From positions 57,469,518 through 57,533,517 of the forward strand of contig NC_068990.1 in the NCBI RefSeq assembly GCF_001194135.2: a stretch of 64,000 nt of DNA, given 5' to 3'. How positions within the stretch are numbered: the stretch's first letter is position 1; every line of letters begins with the position of its first letter. The translations under genes and the position numbers were made by a program. Positions 11,118-21,945 of the stretch are shown piece by piece. Below the pieces are notes generated by a model. The model was not told the origin of the DNA. It worked only from the letters and a program-made list of their open reading frames with translations, and made no database searches. Source of the stretch: Octopus bimaculoides. Its lineage: Eukaryota.

Positions 11118-11741
11118 NNNNNNNNNNNNNNNNNNNNNNNNNNNNNNNNNNNNNNNNNNNNNNNNNNNNNNNNNNNNNNNNNNNNNNNNNNNNNNNNNNN
11201 NNNNNNNNNNNNNNNNNNNNNNNNNNNNNNNNNNNNNNNNNNNNNNNNNNNNNNNNNNNNNNNNNNNNNNNNNNNNNNNNNNNNNNNNNNNNNNNNNNNN
11301 NNNNNNNNNNNNNNNNNNNNNNNNNNNNNNNNNNNNNNNNNNNNNNNNNNNNNNNNNNNNNNNNNNNNNNNNNNNNNNNNNNNNNNNNNNNNNNNNNNNN
11401 NNNNNNNNNNNNNNNNNNNNNNNNNNNNNNNNNNNNNNNNNNNNNNNNNNNNNNNNNNNNNNNNNNNNNNNNNNNNNNNNNNNNNNNNNNNNNNNNNNNN
11501 NNNNNNNNNNNNNNNNNNNNNNNNNNNNNNNNNNNNNNNNNNNNNNNNNNNNNNNNNNNNNNNNNNNNNNNNNNNNNNNNNNNNNNNNNNNNNNNNNNNN
11601 NNNNNNNNNNNNNNNNNNNNNNNNNNNNNNNNNNNNNNNNNNNNNNNNNNNNNNNNNNNNNNNNNNNNNNNNNNNNNNNNNNNNNNNNNATAGTGGATTT
11701 TCATCGATGAGTTCATGAAACTTGGTTCTTTTCCCTAAAAC

Positions 11742-11777
<36 letters not shown>

Positions 11778-11779
11778 CG

Positions 11780-11959
11780 TACCATATTATAACATGTATG
11801 AGGAACCCACATGTATAAGGTACCTCCTAATTTGGGGGGCTTAAAATTTGGAAAAAAGGTTTTGTAAGGGATTATAAATACTATCCATGTATAAAAAACT
11901 CCCACATTTTTTTTACCTAATTTTTGACAAAACCGGGTTCCTTATACATGTTAAAATAC

Positions 11960-11961
<2 letters not shown>
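11780..11961. mobile_element. ~180-bp MITE (Tc1/mariner/pogo-like, in TA context)
   Basis: TIR aacatgtatgaggaaccc (11791-11808) vs gggttccttatacatgtt (11935-11952), 1 mismatch. Inserted in a (TA)n run. Confidence 0.7.
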
Positions 11962-11990
<29 letters not shown>

Positions 11991-12575
11991 GCATATATAT
12001 ATAATACTTCATGTTCAAGGCTTTGATGAAGCTATAAGCTGTTATTCAGACACTCAACTATGAGTCCACAGCATCTGAATTCAACTGGTGCCTAAACTCC
12101 ACCAACATTTAGTGTAGGGGTGTGAGACATACCTAAATGAAAAATGACTATAAGCACTATATCATTTGGGCTGGTATAGGTATAACAGTGCATAAGCTTA
12201 AATGAGCAGTCCTGGTATCAAATCAATTTTTATCATATTAATACTTATACAGCATATAGTGTATACCTATAAAAAAATGAATTATTATGAACTTTGCACA
12301 TTCCAGACTTGCTGTCCTTACTGCTTTCCAATCTAAAATATATTTCACTGGTCTTCCCAAGTCAAATCTGCCTTGGTACAAGATGCATTGTGTACAGATG
12401 ATAAAATCTTTATGCCACCCTTACACACTCATACAGCTTATCAGCACTGCCATACTGACTTTATTATGAGCAATTTTCTGTACTTTCGAAATGCTTGGAT
12501 AAAATGGAAACTCATACATTTTGTATTTATTGTATATTCTTGAAAACAAACTGAATAATTTATTATTTAGGGTCA

Positions 12576-12790
12576 AGGCTAGTGAGTTGGCAGAATTGTT
12601 AGCACATCGGGCAAAATGCATAGTGGTATTTTTCTGTCTTTGTGTTCTGAGTTCAAATTCCACTGAGGGTGACTCTGCCTTTCAACTTTTTGGGGTTAAT
12701 AAAATAAGTCCCAGTTGAGCACTGAAGTCGATGTAATCAACTCTCCAACTTACTCAAAACTGTTGGCCTTGTGCCAAAATTTGAAATCAA
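12576..12790 (+). mobile_element. SINE family D (older copy)
   Basis: gagttggcagaa...ttctgagttcaaattc...ggccttgtgccaaaatttgaaa, homologous to 21443-21679. Confidence 0.8.
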
Positions 12791-13544
12791 TATTTCATTT
12801 AGAGTTATTAATTGAGTACTGTAGTAAAATTGATGTTGAGTACTTAGCATATTTTGTCAAGCATAATAGATATATTGAATAGGTAGCTATTTTAAATTAG
12901 TATTCAACAGTAATATCCAATATTACATCTGCTTCAGTACAATGATACTGGTTAAAATGTATTCATGATCAATCATTACAAATTTAATCTAGATACTGAT
13001 GTATTTCTAATATGATACTATTCTATTATTCATATGAAAGGAGTGTGATGGATTGCCAGAGAGGGTGCTTTTGTAGACTAAATCTGTTAACAGTATTTGG
13101 TTTAATTCCTTTTTGCTATGTGTTCAAACCTCATCGGATGATTTTACATTTAATAAACCCTAAGATTTGTAAAATATGCCAGCCATTTACATAATGTCTT
13201 TTCATAAATGTCTGATAATTATTTTTCTTGAGCTGAGCATGCTTGTTCATGTTATGGCCTTTTTTCCCATGCTATCACAGATTAGATGGAAACTTATTGA
13301 AGCAATATTTTACTGCATGAAGCCTTTCCTGTTGCTAACCTTTACAATGTTTTTCACCTAAGGGATGTGTATTCCAACTGTCTTTGAAAATACAGAGCTA
13401 CAGAACTATCTGTTATAATGGAATATCAACACAATATTACCTTTCTCTGCTTGAATGGTTTCTTGCAAAGAAGTTAACAGAGACACACATATGCCTCCAT
13501 CCATGTTTGTGTGTGTTATATACATACATTACATACATATGTAT

Positions 13545-14184
13545 GTACATACATACATACATAAATGCATACATACAAAGTAAAAAAAATGACAGCAAAA
13601 TAGTTTGATGAAATTTTATTTAATAATAAGAAAATTCTAATATCATGACAAATTGTTTCATAACTTAAAAACATGTAAATAATTTATATTATATTGATAT
13701 AAATAAATAAACAAATATATATATATATTTATATATAAGGCAAATAAGAAAATGGAGAGGATAATCAATTGACAAACATCAGCCTGTAAACATTCATTTA
13801 TATCTATTTACTAATTGATTACAATCATATGTATAAGTAATCAAAGTAAACAAATGAAATAAGCAAATAAACATGTAAATAAATAGATAAATAAAAATAA
13901 GTAAATGAATGAATGAATGATTTATTTACTTGTTTATTTGCTTATTTCATTTGTTTATTTTGATTACTTATACATATGATTGCAATCAATAAATAGATAT
14001 AGATGAATATTTTCAGCCTGATTATCCTCTCCATTTTCTTATCTGCCTTATATATATATAATNNNNNNNNNNAAATTATCTACATGTTTTTAAGTTACAA
14101 AACAATTTGTCATGATATTAGAATTTTCTTATTATTAAATAAAAATCCATCAAACTGTTTTGCTGTCATTTTTTACTTCGTATG

Positions 14185-14216
<32 letters not shown>

Positions 14217-14225
14217 TGTATGTAG
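13545..14225. repeat. ~680-bp near-palindrome (arms ~340 bp, loop ~40 bp)
   Basis: ataaggcaaataagaaaatggagaggataatca (~13735) vs tgattatcctctccattttcttatctgccttat (~14018-14050). gacagcaaaatagtttgatg vs catcaaactgttttgctgtc. The outer ends are (TACA)n/(TGTA)n. Confidence 0.88.
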
Positions 14226-14505
14226 AGACCAATAAAACTCTTTGTCACACAAAAGATGAACTGAAGGCAAGGGTTATAGCAGCAATCACCAACTTAAAGA
14301 AGGAGACCATTCTGAAGAATTGCAGGAGATTCTGAAGTCTTCTGGAGGCCTTGGTTTAAGCAAACGGCAATTTTATTGAATGAATTTATTCTTTAGTATT
14401 TCAAGATATTTTGATGTAATTTTGGTAAATTTAATGTTAAAATGAGATGTCAGTGTTATTTTCATTTTTGCGTAATTTAAACTACACTTTATTCACTGAA
14501 CTCTG
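14226..14505 (+). pseudogene. 3' end of a Tc1/mariner-superfamily (maT-like) transposon
   Basis: TKDELKARVIAAITNLKKETILKNCRRF*SLLEALV*ANGNFIE*, ending ...ctctg followed by TA (14506-07). Confidence 0.65.
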
Positions 14506-14525
14506 TATACATATGTATATATATA

Positions 14526-15194
14526 TGAAGGGAAGTCCCAAATTATCTGCACTTTCGCTATAACCTATCTTTATTTTTGTCACACTGCCTTCTGCGCATG
14601 CAAGCATATAATTGGTACTATTGTGTTCATGTGATTGAAGTTTGAACCTGATTGCACCGTTTTTCTTTCTGGCTTTACAGTGTAAGCAAGGCCGCTCCAC
14701 TAGCAATACATACGAAGAGAGAACAAGAAGCAGTGATCTGATTTCTGTGGTTGGAAGGTGTGTCAGGTGTTGAAATTCATCGGAGGCTTTTAGTACAATA
14801 TGGGAACAGTACACTACCACATAAGAAGTGTGTATAAGTAGATTGAGAAGTTTAAAGGTGGCTGGAAAGTCATGATGAATGAAGAGGGTGCAAGGATGTC
14901 CATCAACTTCTACCACTGATGAGAAGATTCAGCAAGCTTGAGAGATGGTAATGGGGAATCGGTTCACCATTACCATCTCTCAGATCACTGCTCTTTGTAC
15001 TTCTTTGGTGCACATTGCTAGAAGAGTGGCCATGCTTACGATGTAAAGCCAGAAAGAAAAGTTGCATGCTCAGGCTCAAATTGAAATCACGTGACTACAA
15101 TAGTACCAACTATAAGCACACATGAACAGAAGGCAGTGTGACAATTATAAAGATATGTTATGGCAAAAGTGCAGATAATTTTTGACTTCCCCTA

Positions 15195-15195
<1 letters not shown>
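14526..15195 (+). mobile_element. Mariner-derived fold-back element made of a 5' end plus an inverted copy of the same 5' end
   Basis: TA-gaagggaagtcccaaattatctgcact vs agtgcagataatttttgacttcccc. The ~220-bp arms are inverted. The middle encodes a decayed mariner HTH (EQEAVI*FLWLEGVSGVEIHRRLLVQYG...PSTSTTDEKIQQA). Confidence 0.85.
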
Positions 15196-15225
<30 letters not shown>

Positions 15226-15231
<6 letters not shown>

Positions 15232-15520
15232 ATGATCACGTGAATGACCAAACTTTTGGATGTCATTATACATCACTGGTCATGATGCGCTTTGCATCAT
15301 TTTAGTTTTTGAATGGTGCAACCCTACTGGCTACATGAGCAGACCAACATTCCCCCTACTTGGAAGACTGGTTCGTTGCTGGGTTGCCCATTTCAGCTGA
15401 GTAGACTGGAGAAATGTGAAATGAAGTGTTTTACTCAAAAGCATGTACACCTAGGTCTAGGGATTGAATCCACAATCTAGCAATCATGTGTGCATCACCC
15501 TAACCACTAGGTCACACATG
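15226..15520 (-). mobile_element. tRNA-derived SINE, family C (B-like head, different body)
   Basis: Minus-strand tRNA-like head (cctagtggttaggg...gattcaatccc) and cagctgagtagactggag block shared with family B. Confidence 0.65.
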
Positions 15521-15562
15521 CCATGACACACACACACACATCCACACATCTATACACACACA

Positions 15563-15626
<64 letters not shown>

Positions 15627-16712
15627 TATATATATATATATGCATAATAGGCTTCCATACAGTTTGTATCAAGCAGTTCCACTCACAAGGCATTTGGCAC
15701 CCTGAGGCTAGAGTAAGAAGACTCTTACCCAAGTTCCCATGTAGAAAGCAAGCGAACTCAAATACAATGTGCTTATGAAGGTGAGCACCATATTCACACA
15801 GTTATTTCTGCACCTAAATTGATGTTATCTTACCTGTTTAACACTGTATTTTTGATGAAATACACTGCTTATATATCATCTAATGCATCCCATTGCTTTC
15901 TTTTCAAACATAGTCTTTTCAAACATAGACTGCATTGTTAAGCAAAGCCTTGCCTAGAACACAGACTGAAAATATTATTGTTAATATAGATAATATGCTT
16001 GTGAATTTATATTTACAAAGTTTGTGCCAAAAACTGAAGCAGTCTAAGATGTTTAAGTGATGAACCAGATAGTAATATCACAAGAGGAACTTTCTACTAA
16101 CTACTTTGAAAGTCCAGTGAATTTGAGTGTATTTGCTAATGCAGAACATTTGAGATAAAGGCAAATTAAATTAAACGGTGAACTCAAAATGTACGTATCA
16201 ATATCACCAATGAATCTAGTTATAGGCATATGCCATAGAAGTATTAATATCTGGCAGTAAAACAGATACATACATATAAGAGCCAATAATAGAATCTTGA
16301 TCTAGCTACATTGTCTGCTAGAAATAGCAACCAAATCTTCCTCAAGACATACCATACAAATTCAAAAAGGAACACAGATAATGTAATCTACAACACATTA
16401 TGCTTGAGAAAGTAAGAATAAACAATAATAGAACAGGTGATGACAGCCGGAATACATGGGCCTACTCAGTCAAGGCTGGCCTGTGAGTAAACAGCTACAA
16501 CTTATGTGTACAAAAACCAGCCTACAAGAGAGCCTTTAAACAATCACTTGAACTGCTAAAAATATTGACTGATTTTGACACAAATAACATTATACTTAAT
16601 TAAAATGAAAAGGAGGTGTTAGATAAATAAAGTCTTATCTGCTACTAATCAGAAATGGCTTTGAACAAATGTCTCCTCAAACAGAGCTGGTATGGGGACT
16701 AAAAAAATACAA

Positions 16713-16749
<37 letters not shown>

Positions 16750-17189
16750 GGCACAGGCGTGACTGTGGGGTAAGAAGCTTGCTTCCCAACCACCATGATG
16801 ATACTGTACTGACATTAAACCCAGAATCCACATCTAACAGCGTGCAATCATTGCAGTTGAAATGTGTGTAGGGCCACAAAAGAATGCTGTAAATAACTAT
16901 TTAATAAAATTATAGGTGTGGAAAAATCTCCGTTCTCCTGATTATTATTAATACTATTACTTACTCTATGGAAACTATGCAGTCCTGAGCAGGACACTCG
17001 GATTTACCAAGTGAGGAAAATCGCTAGAGTCTAGCAGCTTATGGCTAAATTGGGTATGACCAAGATTCACAGTTAGCTGGCATATGAAACTGATTTAACA
17101 GGGAAAATGGTAACTGCCAGGATTTCATATCTCTTCGAAATCAATTCTGAATATATCACTTTTGGAAATAACTCTTATTCATATATACA

Positions 17190-17272
17190 TACATGCTGCA
17201 GGGATCTGTTCTTGGTCCCCTTTTGTTTGCTGCCTACATTAACGACACAGATGTCAACTTAAAGAATGCCAC
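17190..17272 (+). pseudogene. CR1-type reverse transcriptase fragment
   Basis: QGSVLGPLLFAAYINDTDVNLKNA is the RT QGSxLGPxLF...YIND motif. Confidence 0.85.
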
Positions 17273-18109
17273 AGTTCAAACCACAATTCAAACCATGCTT
17301 AGTTCAAACCATATAACTGTTCAATGTCTTCTTCAACAACTTGGAAAGGTTCCTAAACTTGGAAAATGGGAGTCTCCTGAATTGTCCGAAAGCAACTGCA
17401 TATCCCGAGTTGACATCTGCTCTTCTCTCTATTCTCGCAAACTAATTTCACCCTTTTTGGATAGACTTGTCACTGGTGACGAAAAATGGATCTTCTATCG
17501 AAATGTTAAATGTCATAAACAGTGGCTTGGTAAAAGGGAAAAAGCTCAGCCACAACCGATAAGGGAACTTCATGGGAAAAAGGTTCTTCTCTCTATCTGG
17601 TGGGATTGCAAAGGAGTAATTCACTTTGAATTATTACCACCTAATGTAACAATCAATGCTCAAGTCTACTGTCAGCAATTAGTGTGTTTGAACCAAGCTT
17701 TGAAGAAAAAAAGACCTGCTTTAGTGAATCAAAAAGGAGTGATGTGTGACTCCACGCTGCAAAGATCACATCACAGAAGATCGAAGAGCTTGGTTGGGAA
17801 AAAAATCCTCATCCACCTTATTCTCCCGACCTTGCTCCTTCAGACTACCATTTGTTTCATAGTTTACAGAATCATTTGGGGGGCATAACTTTTGCAAGCC
17901 AGGAGGAGGTCGAAACTGACATTTCAGAGTTCTTCACTTTGAAACCAAAAGAGTTTTACATTGATGAGATTAGAAAGCTTATAAATAGATGGAAGGAAGT
18001 CATAGATAATCAGGGAAAGTACATTGATGATTAAATTTCAATTAAATATAACATTTGATCACTTGTTTTCTTTATTCAAAATTCGGACAGAACTTCTGAG
18101 ATGACCTGA
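17273..18109 (+). mobile_element. 5'-truncated mariner (DD34D) transposon pseudogene
   Basis: LVTGDEKWIFY, KVLLSIWWDCKG, HPPYSPDLAPSDYHLF in a shifted frame, ends NQGKYIDD*. Right TIR cggacagaacttctgagatgacctga + TA. The second catalytic D (HDNA) region is deleted. Confidence 0.93.
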
Positions 18110-18640
18110 TACATACATATATATATATATATTATTTTTATACAGGTTGTGTGTGTGGTATTTAGGCATAGATTTAGGCTTGAAGAGTTAGCAACAATAA
18201 AGTTGCAGATATCAGATTTTCTTCAAAGCATTGCTGCAATCCAGTCTAAGTAGCACCTCATTTAAAAGTGATTAACCAGTACGTGCTGTTACAAAGGTTG
18301 TGAATGCTGGCTGAAAATGGAAGCAATGCATATTGGTAAAAAAGTAACAAACATGTTTGGCTGATAATTCAGACATAGACCAGTTCCAATATATAACATC
18401 AATAAAAAGATACACAAGCATAATGTGGTGCAAAAAATGTTTGTATTTATTTTCTTGTGTGTAAGGCCAAATACTTAATTCAATACTTCAGAAATAGCAT
18501 TAGATGAATATTCTTAAGTTAAAGTTCTATTTGAGTGGCACAAGTGTACAAGAAAATATTGGTAGAAAAGTAAAAATTAAAAAAAAGATAAGACTCATTG
18601 TGGAAATAGAAATTAGCAAATCACTTCTAGTTCAGCTTAC

Positions 18641-18746
18641 CATGTTATTTAAGACAAAAGAAAATGTGAGAGGACAATGGCAGATTCTGCTATGTGTGCT
18701 GTTTTCACTCAAGTCCATATGAAAGGATAGTGTCAGAATGCATCCT
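18641..18746 (-). other. Candidate 106-nt exon of an unidentified minus-strand transcript
   Basis: Acceptor ttatttccttttacctcacctctag|agg and donor aacatg|gtaagc. One open frame (GCILTLSFHMDLSENSTHSRICHCPLTFSFVLNNM). No homology recognised. Confidence 0.3.
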
Positions 18747-18882
18747 CTAGAGGTGAGGTAAAAGGAAATAAGGCAGCTAAGTGAGAAATATAGCTTTGCC
18801 TGCCATATATATATGGCAAAATAGCTGACAATATTCTGGTCCTTGACTGGCAAATATAACTGGTGAAATAGCAAAACGTTAC

Positions 18883-18897
18883 CTGTTGCACAAGAAC
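18883..18897 (-). other. Candidate 15-nt microexon (or 3' part of a longer exon)
   Basis: ttttggttag|gttcttgtgcaacag|gtaacg. It defines a 136-nt intron to the 18746 acceptor. Confidence 0.22.
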
Positions 18898-19113
18898 CTA
18901 ACCAAAATTGCTATATCAGACAACTTCCAGATTGCAGCGAAAGCAACACACAAGAACGTTCAGTATAATAGAAAAAAATTGGGAAAAACTGAATGAAGAT
19001 GCACATATACTAACAGGTGTGAATGATACAAGTGGTGAGTTAAGTAAGAAACAACAGAAACATACTATGTACATAATATATGCAAGGTAAAAGCAATAGA
19101 AGACTCTGTACAT

Positions 19114-19558
19114 TCTTACATCTTTTACTTGTTCCAGTCGTTATACTGTGGCCATGTTGGGTCAATGCTTTGAAGAATTTTAGTCAAATGAATTGATCCC
19201 AGTACTTATTTTATCTTAAACGTGGAACTTATTTTATCTGTCTCTTTTGCCAAACTGCAAAGTTAAAAGAATGTAAACACACCAACATCAGTTTTCAAGC
19301 AGTGGTGGGAGATAAACACAGACACAAAGACAAACACGCACACATACATATTTACACACATACACACACATGCACACACACACGCACATATATATGAAAG
19401 ACTTCTTTCAGTTTCCATCTACCAAATCCACTCACAAGGCTTTAGTCAGTCTAAGACTCTTGTAGTAGACACTTGCTCAAAGTTCCAAGCAGTGGGGCTA
19501 AACTCAGAACCATGTGGCTAGGAAGCAAGTTTCTAACCATTCAGCCATGCCTGTGCCT
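19114..19558 (-). mobile_element. SINE family A (older copy)
   Basis: Homologous to 7671-8076, with internal (CA)n. Confidence 0.82.
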
Positions 19559-19720
19559 AAAACCATTGTGTACCGTCAGGTTGACTTGTTTGTTTCAATT
19601 AAATCTTTTACGTCTAGTTTCAAACAAATTAATTGTAGCCATAAATGCACAAAAATAATCAAAAATAAATAAACAGAACAACCATCTCAGGCCTATAACA
19701 TCCCAAATAAATACACTTAC

Positions 19721-19744
19721 ATATTCAGTTGGCAAACAAATAGT
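19721..19744 (-). other. Candidate 24-nt microexon
   Basis: aattcctcag|actatttgtttgccaactgaatat|gtaagt. Reads TICLPTEY or LFVCQLN. Confidence 0.22.
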
Positions 19745-19925
19745 CTGAGGAATTTTTTCAGACATTAGAAGAAACAAATACAATAGGTACCATCTCCACA
19801 TCAAATGTATGAAGTTTGTTCAGAAATGTCCCAGTGATAGAAACACTGTAAATACTAAGAGAATACATAAAAAACATTCAAAAAATGAGTCACCCACAAT
19901 ACCAGCAGCCTAATTAAAAAAAAGT

Positions 19926-20240
19926 GGAGGCGCAATGGCCCAGTGGTTAGGGCAGCGGACTCGCGGTCGGAGGATTACGGTTTCAATTCTCAGACTAGGC
20001 GTTGTGTGTGTTTATTGAGCGAAAACACCTAAAAGCTCCACGAGGCTCCGGCAGGGTGTGGTGGTGACTCTTGTTGTACTCTTTCACCTTAACTTTCTCT
20101 CAGTCTTTCTTCCTGTTTCTTGAGTAAAGCTGTGATGGACTGGCATCCTGTCCAGCTGAGGGGGAACACATACGTCATAGAAACCAGGAAACTGGGCCCA
20201 TGAGCCTGGCTAGGCTTTAAAAGGGCGTATAAAAGAAAAA
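19926..20240 (+). mobile_element. tRNA-derived SINE, family E, with V-domain-like segment
   Basis: Head ggcgcaatggcccagtggttagggcagcgg. Segment gctgtgatggactggcatcctgtccag resembles the V-SINE domain. Flanked by taattaaaaaa on both sides (TSD-like). Confidence 0.75.
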
Positions 20241-20317
20241 TAATTAAAAAAGAAAACTGACTATGATCTACACAACTGAAGTACCATTTCACTGCCAACA
20301 AGATAATTTTATACAAA

Positions 20318-20466
20318 AGCACCCAGCACACTCTGTTAAGTGATTAGTGTTGAGAAGGGCATCCAACCATAGAAACCATGCCACAACAGACAGCTGGTGT
20401 CTGTACAGCTCCATGTCAAACTGTCCAACCCATGCCAGCATGGAAAGTGGACGTTAAATGATGATG
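20318..20466 (+). mobile_element. RTE-type 3' terminal fragment
   Basis: aagggcatccaacc...ccaacccatgccagcatggaaagtggacgttaaatgatgatga. Confidence 0.75.
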
Positions 20467-20689
20467 AGACAGAGTGGCCATGGGTTGCCTTTTAGGGAAA
20501 TATGTCTGCAACACGCTACTTATCCAAACAGAGAAAAAAATAGCATCAAAACATAGACACATAATGTACTCTAGATATGGAGATAATATAGTAGTTGTAA
20601 TAGATACGCTTAAGAAGGAGACCAAAAGGAAGATGATTAAGATAACTTTGTACTAAAATTTAATATGAAGAATAACACAAATATATAAT

Positions 20690-21430
20690 GAACTTATTGT
20701 ATATAGTTCTCAGGAGCACTACAACTCATCAGAAAAACTAACCAAAACTGCATGAACTGCACACAGGATATGCACAAGGAGTGTGCAGTGAAAAAGTAAT
20801 AAAAAAAGAAGAAATCGGGGTAAGGGCATCAGGTGTACTGTTGACGAATTTCAGGAAGCATGGAAATTTTGAAGGATGTAGTGTGTTGACAGGTAACAAC
20901 TGATGCAAGTAGTTTATTCCATGCTTTGGCAATTCTGAGCATAGAAATGTTTTCAAAAGTCATGGATGTTGTGTTGTTTTTGATTTTGTAAGCATGTCCA
21001 CGAGTGTTAGATATATGGAATTCAAAAAGGTACCCAAGGTTGTTGGATAATCTTGTGGGTGTCTGCCAAGTCAGTTTCCAGATTTTGGAGCTTTAATGTG
21101 TCCATGCCTAGAGTATGGTAGATACCTGACAAAAGGTATTCATCTGGTTGCACATTTCTGAACAGTTTCCTGGAGCAAGATGAAGGCTCCAGACTGGTGA
21201 TGCAAATTCTAAGTGTGGACATACCATAGTCATATACAACTTCAAATAGATAACTGGAGAGACCATATCTTAGACATAAAAGTACAGATTGCAATAAAAA
21301 CGAAAGTAAAACTGCAAAAAACAGGTACATCATATCAGTATATGCTATAGAATCAAACAAGTACATATACTTACAGTGAATGAGCCATCACAATTACAAA
21401 ATACCAGTAGTAAAAACACTTCTCAGAATA
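20690..21430 (-). mobile_element. Degenerate CR1-type LINE (RT C-terminus and 3' UTR)
   Basis: Minus-strand frames give YLKLYMTMVCPHLEFASPVWS, LGMDTLKL..LETDLADTHKII, NTRGHAYKI, KHFYAQ/AKAWNKL...TTSFK, the CR1/L2-type C-terminal motifs. Confidence 0.85.
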
Positions 21431-21442
21431 GTATTTATATTC

Positions 21443-21679
21443 TGGCGGTGGGTTGGCAGAAACGTTAGCACGCCGGGTGAAATGCTTTGCGGTATTTCGT
21501 CTGCCGTTACTTTCTGAGTTCAAATTCCGCCAAGGTCGACTTTACCTTTCATCCTTTCGGGGTCGATAAATTAAGTACCAGTTATGCACTGGGGTCGATG
21601 AAACCGACTTAATCCCTTTGTCTGTCCTTGTTTGTCCCCTCTATGTTTAACCCCTTGTGGGCAATAAAGAAATAAGAAA
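21443..21679 (+). mobile_element. SINE family D (young copy with TSD)
   Basis: ggcggtgggttggcagaaacgttagc...gagttcaaattccgcc...gggcaataaagaaataag. 13-bp TSD agtatttatattc at 21430-21442 and 21680-21692. Confidence 0.92.
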
Positions 21680-21744
21680 AGTATTTATATTCATGGCCAC
21701 AAATAATGCACTAGAGAGAGAAACACATAGAATATAACAAATAT

Positions 21745-21945
21745 AGATTTCAAGGCCAGCAGGTTTTTTGTGGGGTTTAAGGCGATTACATCAACCCCAG
21801 TGTTCAAATGGTATTTTATCGACCCCAAAAGGATGAAAGGTAAAGTCAACCCTGGTGGGATTTGAACTCAGAACATAAAGACAGATGAAACACTAAGCAT
21901 TTTGGCCAGTGTATTAATGATTCTGCAAGCTCACCACCTTAGAAC
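21745..21945 (-). mobile_element. SINE family D
   Basis: Reverse complement of the preceding copy, tail-to-tail. Confidence 0.82.

Noticed and set aside
17193-17888. Longest gap-free ORF (231 aa) as a host gene
   Set aside because: It is a CR1 fragment joined to a frameshifted mariner lacking the second catalytic Asp. Kept only as a TE curiosity.
21022-21366. 114-aa minus-strand ORF with apparently excellent splice sites (act|gtaagt at 21374, tctaag| at 21269, atg|gtatgt at 21224) giving a membrane-protein-like peptide
   Set aside because: Alternative frames of the same DNA give CR1 RT motifs (VCPHLEFASPVW, NTRGHAYK, AWNKL). It is a decayed LINE, and the splice signals are probably fortuitous.
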